Source: Choristocarpus tenellus KU-1152 (lineage: Eukaryota; Protista; Phaeophyceae). Taken from it: a stretch of DNA of 33,451 bases. The notes below the pieces were generated by a model. It saw only the letters and a list, made by a program, of their open reading frames with translations, did no database searches and had not been told where the DNA came from. Shown piece after piece: positions 1 through 12,200 of this stretch (position 1 is the first letter of the stretch; every line of letters starts with the position of its first letter). A program made the position numbers and the translations under genes. Location: positions 1 to 33,451 of the forward strand of contig CAXNAD020000063.1 in assembly GCA_964200185.2 (NCBI GenBank). Reading direction: 5' to 3'.

Positions 1-762
1 GTGAAAGGGTTTCAATGGGAAGTGACCAGTTGCATCAGAGGGCCTCATCTGGATGACCCAAGGGAACGAGAGTATGCAGATCTATTCTAGTAGACCCTTC
101 TAACAAGGCAGAAAACAAAAACAAAAAAATCGAGAGCGGAAAAGAATAAGTTCGAAAAGGAGTGAGGGGGAACATCCATGCAGCTTGTCAACACCACGGT
201 CTCAGACCCTAGAGTTGGAGTGTGGTGGCCTCATTTACAATATACTAATCAGCATTTTCAACCCACGAAAAGGCCGAAGATGGTCAGGGTAAGGGTCAGT
301 CCCCGGTGTAGAAAGAAGGTATGTATATATATATATACCCATGTGTATACACATGTACAATGCCTCCCTCATGTACCCATTTAGGATAAAAGGTTTCTGA
401 CTCTTTTCTTGTGTGCCCTGCCTTGGGGTCGAGGTTGGGGTGGGTGGGTGGGTGGGACAGATGCCCCCAAACCCCGGTGTGTGATGTGTCGAGAATGAGT
501 AAGTGCTATTGCAGTTCAGGAAGCAGCAACTTCACTTTAACATAAGGTGGTGGCAGCACTCAGAGAGGAATTGTGGGTGCCCTGATGAGCACACGGCATG
601 CGAAAGCAATTTGTGCTGTAAAGCGCTCATAACATCCACTTACTTTTCTCCACCAACATGAACCAGAAACACACAACAACAGAGAGCGATCAAAAGCCCT
701 TTTTTCGGCTAGGTGAGGAGGTGAGGAGACAGTGTGGGGTGGGTGGTGGGTGGGATACCGAC

Positions 763-837
763 CTGAACTGCCTCCGTCAGGAACACTTGCTTCACTTCTT
801 CGGGATCACCACACTCCATCTTGCCTGCTACAGCAAC
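763..837 (-). CDS. Ankyrin gene exon 3 (VAVAGKMECGDPEEVKQVFLTEAVQ)
   Basis: Pyrimidine tract plus CAAG acceptor, 75 nt, donor GTCGGT, phase 0 at both ends. Confidence 0.75.
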
Positions 838-1172
838 CTTGACAAGCAAGAGGGGGAAAGCGGTGATCACAAAGTCACCTCCCAAGTTTTCCTCTACCAA
901 AAAAATATATATATATATTTTCTTATTTATTATTTTTCCACTAACACAGTACATATACCATTCCTTGATACATACAACACATGCTGTTTGCAGCAGCTCT
1001 CATCAAGGGTTTCAACATACAACACCAAAAAAGGTACATACACCTCAGACTGGCGACAAAAGGACAGCAATTTTCATGTAGAGAATCAAATTGACAGAAA
1101 CTGACCAGGTAGGGTTGGGGATGAGAGTGCAGGGTAGACTCACGCCAAACACACACACACACACACACACAC

Positions 1173-1211
<39 letters not shown>

Positions 1212-2865
1212 TCAAGTCAGTCACCTATCCAATGAATTTTCTCATGTACTTTGTCCTGGAAGCCATACATACATATGCCTTGTCATCTTGCCTTGAGTGC
1301 ACCTACTTCACATTTCCACTGAAAATGCAACACATCACACACACCTGGTAGGCGGTGAGACCTTGATGGACACCCCCCTTTAAGCCCTTTGTGCGCACAT
1401 TGGCTCCTAGCCGAAGGAGTACTCGGACGGCCTAGTGCGGTTCGACGATACGACGCCAAGGTTGTAGGTAATGGGGCAATGAAAAAAAACAAGGAATAGA
1501 GATAGATTGTTGGTTGTACGCAAGAGTTGAGAAAAAAATGTTGGGTTGAGGAGTGGTAGTGGTGGGCATCTGGGGGAAGGAGGTCATTGAGGCAAAATCA
1601 AGGGATTTTTTTTTGCACACAAAAGTTGTACAGGAATGCAGTATTTGATTCTCTACTCTGCAAGTGGTTTCTGTGTTTCTGTGTGACAACGGATGATTCC
1701 CTTTTCACGGAAAAAAACTGACTTCCCCAAGTGTGTAGAGATACGTATGCATATCATATCATATTATATCAAATCACTGGAATCCATTGATTAGATTATT
1801 TGGCACTGACTGACTATTGTTTGTTGGCATGTGAGAGTGTTTCTCAAGAGAACACGCTGTAAGAATACTGATTTGATCGATGTGATGACCAAGGAAGGTA
1901 GTTCCACGTGCAAACCGCACCCAATATATATATATTTTATTCTAGAGGGGAGAGGCCACAGGACCTAAGCACGAACTAACCATCTTGGAGATCATCAGGC
2001 GACATATTATTGCAACAATGTACCAACCAGTAACGTCAAATCACGTATCAACAAACTATTGCGGCATTGTATGTCAAGCCTGGTGCGCTGTTCTTTGATC
2101 GAGACAAGAGGAGATCAAGATGATTATGGGATCAAGCATTTGAGGGTTCAGGATGAACAGACGGCCCTGTGATTAAGTGTGAAAGTCGCCTTGAGGGATT
2201 TATGAACAGGGATGGAGGGTTCGTGGTGCAGCTTTGGAGCTTCGTCTCCCAGCACATCCCAAGGTTCATCTCTGATGAACAGCTAAGCACAATCTAATGT
2301 GTCGAACCTCTCTTGGGTACGAAAGCAATCGAAATGTCCCGACCAATAATACCCTGAGTGCCCAGTCTTTGGACCCCAGTCAACAAATACACACGAATCA
2401 CAGATGCGATTTAGATTAGAAAACTCACGATTTTCCTTCCTGAAAGCAAAGATCAATTCCACAATAATTTCTTCCCAAGGGATGTGCACTCCAAAGCCTG
2501 TTCCACGCCATTACCGCCAGTCTAGACACAAAACCATCAACATGAAGGTGTTGGAACTAAAATTCACCAGCGATTCTCAATCAGCTTACATCCAAGGAAG
2601 CCTTTTGCACAGCATGATGAAGTGCGGTCGAACCACCCTCATCCACATGGTTTAGGACCTCCTTATCCGTATCACCAAGGGGCTGACCGCCAGGAGATGA
2701 ACCACCTGATGGCGGTGACTTCTCCAATCCGTTTGTCCCCGACACCACCTTTTTTATTACATCTGCTCGGTTAAGAGAGCTGGCGTGCCTAAGTACCTGC
2801 TTCCTCTCTTCAAGGTCATTATTGGGGGCTATGGTGGTGCCGTGTTGTTTGCGGGGTGTCCCCAT
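763..2865 (-). CDS. Ankyrin-repeat protein, spliced, 3'-partial (exons 2865-2590, 1431-1345, 837-763; probably continues beyond the left edge)
   Basis: Joining three GT-AG, phase-0 exons gives ...VLNHVDEGGSTALHHAVQKASLD|AVRVLLRLGANVRTKGLKGGVHQGLTAYQ|VAVAGKMECGDPEEVKQVFLTEAVQ|. This matches the ankyrin consensus G-x-T-x-LHxA....v.vLL..GA.vn split across an intron. I found no further exon or stop in 1-762. Confidence 0.85.
1149..1208. repeat. Compound microsatellite (AC)n-(AG)n
   Basis: Directly visible, in ankyrin gene intron 2. Confidence 0.95.
1345..1431 (-). CDS. Ankyrin gene exon 2 (AVRVLLRLGANV...GLTAYQ)
   Basis: CTAG acceptor, 87 nt, donor GTGTGT; completes the ankyrin repeat. Confidence 0.85.
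2590..2865 (-). CDS. Ankyrin gene exon 1 (MGTPRKQ...STALHHAVQKASLD)
   Basis: ATG at 2865, 92 codons, donor GTAAGC at 2589. Confidence 0.8.
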
Positions 2866-3085
2866 TCCCCACCTGGTCCTTACAAACCTTTCCAACTCAA
2901 CAAAAGAGACTATACCAAATATTGAAATCTATTGTATCCTGTAACATATTCTTGTTCAGGGTTAGAGCCAGACAAGAGTAACGACAATTTAATGGGATGT
3001 ACACTATACAAGTCCATTGTATCCTTTGATACTTCGTGCACATCCTTTATTCTTTGTGCTTTGTGCACAGGAATCTCACCTTCCT
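2866..3085. promoter_or_regulatory. Putative compact bidirectional promoter / 5'UTRs
   Basis: Only 220 bp separates the divergent predicted start codons. No core promoter motifs were identified. Confidence 0.4.
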
Positions 3086-3200
3086 ATGACGAGTCCTCGT
3101 TCCTCTATGCTGCGACCTGCGGGTGGTGAAGGCACGAGTACAAGTGATATTGAACTGGTGTTGGAGGCACTTGCTCTGGACATTTTACAGAAGAAAATGA
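3086..3200 (+). CDS. IQ gene putative exon 1 (MTSPRSS...LEALALDILQKKM)
   Basis: ATG 3086, donor GTTAGT at 3201 (phase 1). It needs a short 62-nt intron; the alternative start is ATG 3235. Confidence 0.45.
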
Positions 3201-6200
3201 GTTAGTTGTTCATCTTGTTCTTTCCCTTCTTAGCATGTTGGTAATTACGAATGCTGCGACAGTCGGGAATAGGACGGACCAGGATAGGCAAGATGATGTG
3301 GCTTGGCTCCATTCTGCCGCGTCCGACGAAGCACTCACCTCCAAAACGGAGAAAACGAACCCTGAACAGAAGGACTGCCTAGCAAGGAACGTGCATAGAG
3401 TGATTCCCATCATCAAGGATGGTACAAGGAACCTTTATGAAAGAGGGCTGGGCGTACTGGTGCTTGGGCTCTCCCTGGAGACTGCTGTGCGTCATGAGCT
3501 TGGCTTCTCCAATGTACTGCCAGATCGTGTTCGAACGGTGAGGTTCGTCTCACACCATCCAGATGTTCTCCTTCACCTATTCTAATTCATGCAACATGGT
3601 TACAGTCGCGAGGGAAGAGCAGCTGGCCTTGAAGCATACAATTCGACTCCTTTTTTCACTTCAATTCTTTTGAAAGAGTACCTTTGGTACTTGTTATGTT
3701 GGACGAATGGTTGTGTGAAGTTGTGGCATAATGCGGAAATGCCTTGTACTCCAAAAGGAGCCATCTAATGGCACATACCCCATTAACCTCCCTGCAGTTC
3801 TTACTGGATGAATGCCATGGAGCAGGTGGGGTGCTCGATGCCCTCCTCGACATAATCGGTGCATGTTCATCTGTAAGATCTTGTCCTCCAGTACATGCAT
3901 CTCTCACTGATGAAGGAACAACTGGATGCAGTGTCACTGATCTTGAAAGGATCAATTCAAATTGCTGTGTTCTCATCTCGATGATAATGGACTTTCTCAG
4001 CAACAGTAAGGCAAGCAGCAAAGATTCAAAAAGACTAGAAATTTTCAGGCGCAGCAATCAAAATTCTTCAACTGTGCTATCAACAACCTGCCCCCAAACA
4101 GAGCTTGGCAATAACGATGACTCAAAGGCCATTAGCTCTAGTAATATTATTAGAGGCAAGCATTGGGGAACATTCCTTGCTATGGGAACCAACCCTAGCT
4201 TGAGAAGCCCAGAAAATCTAACGAAGAAGGGATGGGCAGCAAAAAATGATCTCAGAACAAGAAAGAATAATGGTAAGGACAGTGCTGTGGGCACCACCAT
4301 GGCTCAGATGGGATTTGCACCACATGGGGCAGTCAGTACTGGTAAATGTGGGGCTCTTATGAGGGGAGATAGGTTAACACAACAAGAGAATAATGCCAAA
4401 AGATCTTATTTGGTGACAAAAGGCAGACCTAATAGTAGCAGCAGAGGGCTTTCTCAAACCAAGCAGAAGTATGTATTACGGTCATTCCCTCAAGCCAGTC
4501 AATCGCCTGCGACCACTGGATGTGTTGAGCCTTCCTCCCCTCCAAGAATATTTGCTGAAGGAAGGAAGCATCCCTACAGAAAAATGGAGTTAGAAAATAA
4601 TAAAAAAAGACGTCCTAGAAGACTGCCGGACTTTTCTGCACCACTAGCAGGAACAAGTGGTTGTTTTTCACCATCACATGATGATGGGCAAGCAAGCTTA
4701 CCAGTCAGGAGTCCTGCTGCACATCAGTCAAGAAATGGACTGCTGGGGTCAAAGAAAGCTGACACATCAAGGTGCAGGAAAGACGTTCACCAAGGCAACT
4801 CCAAGGTGGATAGTGGTTGTTACCATTGAGGCTGAGGGAGTGACCTGAACAGGGTAGGAAAACGCATGAACAAATTTGAGTCTTTTGTTAGAGTAGCTCA
4901 CATCCTGATATTGGGGAGGAAAAAGAAACACTTATAGTTGTCCTAATCAAGAATGATCTATATCTGCTACCTACTCATGTACAAGGCCAAATGCTTTCAC
5001 TGGATTACTGAGTGTCGTCTGATATACAGCAAGAAAGGCACTCCTCGGGTGGAGCTGTTTTGTACGACACCGCCAACCTGCAAGCCATGCCAAATGGCCC
5101 AAACAATACCTTGTGATGAGCTTCACTGTCCCTTCTTTTCCTTGTCCACCTAAGGTGTGGCACAAGGTGACAGTTGCCCCTGCTCCTTCTGCAGAAGAAG
5201 CAGCATTTCAATTCAATACCCCTAAGACGGCAATAAAGCTGGGGTGGGGGGAAACAACGCAGAGGTTTATTCGGCCACCTGCTGTGAGGCCTGCGGTCCT
5301 CTTTGGATCAGAGCCTGTGCGAGACTTCCAGGCAAGGAGATTGGTTGGGAATGATAACACAATAGGAGGGGTGTATGTGAAGAGTGTGCAAGGTACGTAG
5401 AGGTTGAAGAAGTAGGGTAGGGGGCACGGTTAGCAGTTGTGGAGTAAGTAGGTACCATTGCGGAAGGGATAATATGGGAGAAGAGGAGAAACGTATCAGG
5501 AGATCGATAGAGGCCAGACAAGACTGGTTTGTTGTATGGGTGGATTGTATTTTCCTTGCTTTTGAGGAGATGCAGCCACGAGAATCCTGCAGTTTGCCTC
5601 CCTCTACGCTGAAGTAGGACTTACCCATATTCTGCATTGACCCTTGCCTCCAATGCAATGGAACATGCATAATTTGTGCTGTCATGTCTTGTACACACCC
5701 AAACCCTATTTCCCTTATTCTTCCGTGAGGCCTTGCTTTTCACGGTTACTCTCCTTTCCTTGATCCCGTGCCTTTGACTGTCCTTGGGCTGTTTAGCCTG
5801 AAAACTAAATAAAAGAAAAATACTTCTGCAAAAAAGCAAAAGCAAGGCGTGTTACTTCAAAGTACTTGTTTACCCCTCGAAACAATCTCCCTCTTCCTGC
5901 TTGGCGCCTTAACATTTGCCCATGGGTTTCATTGCCTTCACCCTTCAGCTCAAGCAGGCTGATAGCACCAACTTCTATACAGTGGATACCAGGCTGGGAT
6001 ACCAGATCCCGCGGCTGTGGTATCCTCAACCACATGCAGGGGGAGAAGGCCCCCTGGATAATGCTGGCCTCCTGCCAGGCGAGGCATCCAACATTGTGTC
6101 CATGCCTTGCCCCTGGCCTCGTTCTTTGGACAGAGTGTCTGCTCCTGCTGGGAGCGATCGAATGGTTCAAGAGTACCTTCAATTGCAGGCATTTCATGCC

Positions 6201-9200
6201 TATAGGTCTGTAATACTGACACCTGCCTTACTGACTACTGAGAGTTTCCTTTGAATATGATTTCCTTCCATTGGTTGTTTTTTGGGGGGAGAATGATAAT
6301 AGCTGAGGTCAAATATAAGGTTCATGTGCAGGGTGAGGTGGGCCTGATTAAATTCCACATTTTGCGGGCAGGGTCATTGAAAGGTTAGAGTTGGAACAGG
6401 CTGTAAGGCAAGTGATCTTTATCGTGTGAAAGCAGTGCTAGTGGTTTGGATTTGGACACAGTAAGGTGATTGAAAGGCTCAATTAGGTATTGGGGCTTGT
6501 CACAAAATAGCTTTATCACTCTCGTCCTTCTTGCAGGACCTACTGTGTACCTACCCCTCCCTGTGGATATTTCCAATGCTTGATATAGCAGCAATGACAT
6601 GCAGCACATGGATCCAAAACGATGCCAAAAATGAGACTGGCGAATAGAACAATAGTAGCCGTCAACTTTATTCTCGATTTAAATCTTCAATATGTCAACA
6701 TCGTATGTCAAGGTCTCTTGTCCAAGTCCGGCCTGGGAAGGAAGTACCATTGCATTCCCCACCACCTAACAAGGCCCTAGCAAGAGCTATGGGTCGACCG
6801 ATCGAGGAAGATGATGCACTCATCTTCAATACTTGGACACCGTGGGGAGGATCTAAGGGCACACTTGAGCGGGCGCGGGGTGGAGAAGGACGAGAGGAAG
6901 CGAGGTCTGTGACTGTACCCAGAAAAATGATAGGACATGGGACTGAGGCAGCAAGTAGAGGAGAAGCAGAGGCGGACACTGTCCAAAGTACTGACAAGCA
7001 TGCCACCGAGAGACCCCACTCAAGGTCTCCTGCAACATCTCCAAAGACACGAGGGGGGATTGGACAATGGCTTGGAAATGTGGACAAGGGTGAGGGAGGG
7101 CAGACAAGTGTATCTAGAAATGGTCTAGGAGGGCGGGACACTTCTAGGTCAAGGTGAGGTGCACTGAGTGCAGCTGGACTGCAACTACTGAGTGGGTTTT
7201 AAGGATTAGCAATGCTGGTGCCACGATTATGGCTTCCACATCACCCTTCGAGCTCTATGTGTTTGTTCTAGGAGGCCTTTATCCCCCACTTTCCCAGTTG
7301 GTACATTGAATGCACCTGGTTGGTCTCTCCAGGGGCGTCTCAGGCTGCCTAAACTCCTGCTTGGGGGACGAATATTCCGAAAACCCAGGTTGCTAGGCAT
7401 TCCAAAGCGACAGGGATTGCCTGTGATCCTTCCCGCCTCCCATACAACACTGTTCAAGTCTTTTGTTTAATATTGGGTACTTTTGTGGCATTGCAATATT
7501 AGATGCTCTGGAGTACTCATGTCATTTCTACAGTGGAGTCTACAAGTAACTTTGGGGGTTACCTGAGAGGTTCTTGTAGACGTTGATACAGTATCTCACC
7601 TACAACAACATAGGTGCTCAACGCTTGCATTTTCCTGAGATGTTTGGCCATTTTTTGTCCAAAACATCTCTTGTCCACTGCATTATGAAGATTGATTTTC
7701 CTTGTGACATCTGTTACGGCATCAATGTTCCAGATCAGGACTATTCTCTACAATGTCCATATTATGCCCTAGTCTTTTTCCGCTACAGTTTCTGTTGTCT
7801 AGCAATAGACTTACGCACAGCATCTGTTGTCAGGGCAGTGCTAAACCTCATTTGCTCCGTGTTGTTCGTGGTCCACATAGCACTCAAGCCCGCTCTTGTT
7901 CACCGACCAGAACAATGCTTGCGGCCTACTGCTCAAAATGTTTATTTTCATGTAAGAGTTTTTTCTTTAAATAAACAAAGAGAGGGATCATTGGAAGGAA
8001 AAAATCACTTGAAAAGGAAAACTATAGGCTGGTTGCTCAAGACGCCTAGTTATTTCAAGTAGCACTTGCTCACAACAACTGTTGTCCGGCAAATGCGTGT
8101 TATTATTTGCTCTGTAATGTTCATTGTCGTTATCCAGTTGTTATCCATTGTCCTAGGCAATGCTTGGATCCATTCGATCAATATATGTCGTTATCCAGGG
8201 GAATGCTTGGGAATGTGAGTCAAAGCATCTTAGAGGGTAGAGTTGCGTCCATTCGGGGGCCAAAATCTGATGTTGCAATTTTGATGTAATTTTGGCTACG
8301 TACATGTGGAAGTATCAAATCCTTGTTCTGGACACAAATTTTCATAATAAGCCAAAGTATCTTAGAGGGTAGAGTCGCGTCCATTTGGGGGCCAAAATCC
8401 AAGGTTACGATTTCGATGTAATTTCGGCTATCGTGTTTGTTAGGAGGTGTCAATACAATTGTTCCAACACCTTTTCATAACGTATACATTTTACCTACTC
8501 CAAAATATTTTGGAGTAGTAAAATGTCATAAAAACCCCAAGGCAAGCCAAGTCCCAAATGGACAAAAAGAGCAAAAACTCGTACCCTCTAAGATACTTTC
8601 ACTCTAACGTATACATTTTACTTACTTTGAAACATTTTTGAGTAGGAAAATGCCATAAAAAAACCCATAGCAAGCCAAGTCCCAAATTAACAAACAGGGA
8701 AAAACTTGTACCCTCCAAGATATTTTCACTCTGTAATCTCTGTGACTTCCGATGCTCAGCAAAAGGCTTGAGTCTTTTTTGATCCAAAACGTCCCTTGTC
8801 CAGGATAACGACCATGACAATTTGCTCTACTGTATATGTTGTCCAGAAATGCTCCCTTGAGCATAACGATACAATGTTTAGTTGAGTTGCGCGAGCGTTA
8901 CGTTTTCTGAGGTGTGCACAAAACATACATAGTGTTGAAGTGAATATTGATGCACTTTTCTGGCATTGATATATTTTGGAAGCTCTAATTAGTTGGCTTC
9001 AGTGCCCATAGCATTAGTTTTGCGTTCACTTGCCCACACAAACAAGACAGCCCTGAGAAATTAGCATCAGCACTCACATTTGTGAGAGTCTTTCGAATCC
9101 CTAAGGTCAATGTCTGGATCAAGGCTTTATCCCAACAGCTGCAAAATACTTCATTGGCAAGGCAAGGACGAAAAATTGAAAAAAAGTAACTTATCCCTAT

Positions 9201-12200
9201 CCAGCTCAGAGGTATCCGTCTCTTCTTCTGCCTATGAGGGGGACAAGAGCTGGAACTGGGCCAAGCAAGCTTCTGAGAGGGTTCCAGAAGATCATCACAA
9301 GGAAATCTTACGGAGTTCTTGTTCCCGCTCCTTCTCGTGTTCTCCAACGAGGACCAGGAGAGACAAAGCTGGAAATTTAGGACACGGTTTCTCCTCAGTG
9401 AGATCTTCTTATCGGACATATAGAGTGAAGCACACACGCCTGATCAGGGCCCGCTCCTCTAGGAGGATGCGGAAGAGGGGGGAGAGGGAGCTCCAGCGAG
9501 GGCGTCGACAGCAGCGATGGAGGCAGCACCAAAAGCAACGATTAGTTGGTCCTGGATGGGTAGATGGAGTTGGCAGTGATAGTTGCTTAGTCAAGGACGG
9601 AAAGTATGGCTTTCCAAGAGCTGTCATGGTGGGAGGGAGGAGAAAGTGCAGGAGTGCTGATGGGTCGAGGTGGTTTCGGAGGGAATTTGGCATGAACTCT
9701 CCATTGTTGCGGAGTAAAGGCTTTGGTGTGCTGGAGTCAAAGGCCACGGGCAAGGTAGGGACTTAATGATGAAAGCAGAGCAGCAAGGACACTGATAGAT
9801 TATAATAAAGGCATTAGGTGCACTACACAATCGCACCAAAGGTACAAATACAAACACAGCGCTCCCCCACAGGTGTCACTTGGCTACTTGCTTCCTCACG
9901 ATTCATCCAGCCCTGCTGCCCACGAGCGCACTGCAGCGGCAGTGACTTCCTCCAGAACAGCTAGACAGAACAGGGGGCGTCAGAAGCGAGGGTGGTGCCG
10001 AGCTCGAAGTGAAATCCTTCGTGCAAACATTTACAAACATCCTGACCTTAGTTACTCTACAGTGGATTCAGGAAAAGCCTCAGACAGTGAAGAATTTTCC
10101 AGTCTGTTTACAGAATCTGATCAGCAGTCAACAAATGCTGCCTTGGATCAACTATCAGTGTTCCCCACAAGCGTAGTTGGCAGAGACAGGACCAGCCCGA
10201 AAAAGAGGAAAAAAACTGTTGGTTTCTGCTGGTCCCCTCCACTGTCTTCCTCTACTGAAACTGACAAGGATAGTTCCACTGACGGTCCAGGGTTTTACTC
10301 GCGAGGAGTTATTGGGCGGAAAAAGAGGTCTGCATGGCGGGTAGGTAACAAGACTGGTATTGACTGGATTGGCAACAAAGGGGGATCTTCACGTAATAGT
10401 TGTCATGATCTTAATGATGCCTGTGGAGAACATCGAGAATCTCCTGTACTTTCTTGGAAGAGTGTCTCACCTCACAAAGAGCCCCAGGAATTGTACTCAC
10501 CTCTTCTAGAGACCTTGGATCCATATTCTTCGTCCTGGGCAGTAGGTGCCTCAGGAACGCTTGTTCTTTCAAAGGACGCTGCCAACCTGGAGATTGCTGC
10601 ACGGGGAACAGAGGCAGCCCTGAGAAGAGTATCTGCCGCGTATTTGGATGAGGAGGAGGGTCTAGCAGAAGACAAAAGGCGATGGTGGGAGTGGCGGCAG
10701 GAGTGGAATAAGGATGCATGGGAAGGGGTGAAGCTGGGTGAGGAGGATAGGTTGAAAGAGAAAGGGAAGGAGGCGGGGTGGGATGATGCCCTTCGCCAAA
10801 AGGTTTCCTTCCAGGAATCTATGGTGTTGATGCAAAGAGAGCAGCACGCAATAAACCTGGCTGATGCAGCAATGAGACGAGAACAACTTGCTCAGGTTAT
10901 ACATTGCTTCATTCCTTGTCCTTTGTTGTCGGGTTGTGCTTGACTTTAGCTGCCATTGGTGTTTCTACTGCATTTTATTGACATGTTGGAATCTTCAATC
11001 AATTGTCTCCACTACAATGTCCTGGCCATGTTGCACCCAAGGGATCACACAGCTAGCTGTTTGTGTGCTTGCTCATGTGTTTGCATTTGTTCTAGAAAGA
11101 CTTTGCACACTACTGGGAATACTACCAGTGTGCTTGGATTGCCATTCCTAGCTATGCGTGGAACTACTTCTAGGTATACTTGAAGGGTGTAGACCTGGGC
11201 AGTACATCTCCCTTCACTTGTAGATAATGTACAAATGGGTATACATCTGTTGCTCTCTTTCGAGAGATAGGGGACAATACAGACTGTTCCGTCTCGAGAG
11301 AGTAAACGAGACATTTCTAATTGATTTTCCGGCCTTGCATATGATTATGTGGGTAAGTTATTGAGTTTACTTAGGGTTAGGGTTTAAATAGGAGTAGTTG
11401 TTCCTGCGATGGGTTTAATCAACAAAGCGTTCCATATATACAAGCATGTCACTGATGCATCAACATTAGCAGAGATTCAGAGTAGTACATATCCTGTTTC
11501 TTCCAGGCAAATAAAATTTTACTAATTGAGCAGACTACCTTTTTCCAATCACCTGTCACACATGTTCTATGCTTCTTGAGATCATTTTATCCAAAATTTG
11601 AGTGCGGAAAGGAGACAAGTTATGTAGGTAACAAGTACATACTGGAGGTGAATAGTCCCCAGTTAAAAAAAAGAAGTTTTTGCAGGTCATTGTTGGTAGG
11701 CAAGGGGACTGGATAGAGCTGTCTCTCCTTGCCTGGGGTACTCTCTTCTAGCTTCCGCTCCCCTATCCCATCTTTCATTCGCCTATGTCCACATCACCTG
11801 TAACCACCCTCTGATCCACGTGTATTGCTTCTGGACTATGGAATATATGTAGGTGAGGATGAGCACCAATGCTCTACCCCTGTCGCTGCTTCTTCTTCAG
11901 CCTGGGAAAGCAGAAGGGGTGCGACGCCGACTTTCTGCAGTGCTAGGGTTATGGCTACGAGAGTTGTCCCGTTCATTGGTCACACAGGCACTAGCAAGGT
12001 AGAAATGGCAGGCTTGACAAGGAATGGTATCTGGTGTCAGCCTTGGGGGGAAGGGTGGCCTTCTGAGTGGGAAAGGTCTGGAGTGGGGGGAACGTATGTT
12101 TTCTTTCACAGAAAGAGTGGATATTATTTTCCTTTTCTTTTTTTTCATGCATTAGTAGAGTGAATGTATACTTTGACTCAGTAGAGCAGAATGCTTTGAA

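Noticed and set aside
658-1351. Plus ORFs of 148 and 86 aa, including HTHTHT/RERERE runs
   Set aside because: Translations of intron and microsatellite sequence antisense to the ankyrin gene.
3080-3116. Minus-strand 37-nt exon-like segment (CCGCAG|...|GTGAGA) that could extend the ankyrin gene upstream, giving either an HMG-like TRHRK..GIVSF..L.RFVRTRW or GRFVRTRWGMGT peptide
   Set aside because: It overlaps the predicted first exon of the plus gene, the frame is ambiguous, and ATG 2865 gives a simpler start. It could still be a 5'UTR exon.
3656-4300. Minus-strand ORFs of 133, 68 and 80 aa
   Set aside because: Antisense shadows of plus-strand exon 3 with no recognisable motif.
8217-8731. 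Repeated ~25-bp motifs that might suggest a CRISPR-like array
   Set aside because: They are TIRs of nested, dispersed MITEs with homologous interiors, not direct repeats with unique spacers; the context is eukaryotic.
9873-10943. 356-aa ORF as a stand-alone gene
   Set aside because: Its first codon is GTG directly after a CAG acceptor, and an in-phase donor precedes the stop, so it is an internal exon.
11371-11386. TTAGGGTTAGGG as a true telomere
   Set aside because: Only two units, and located inside an intron.
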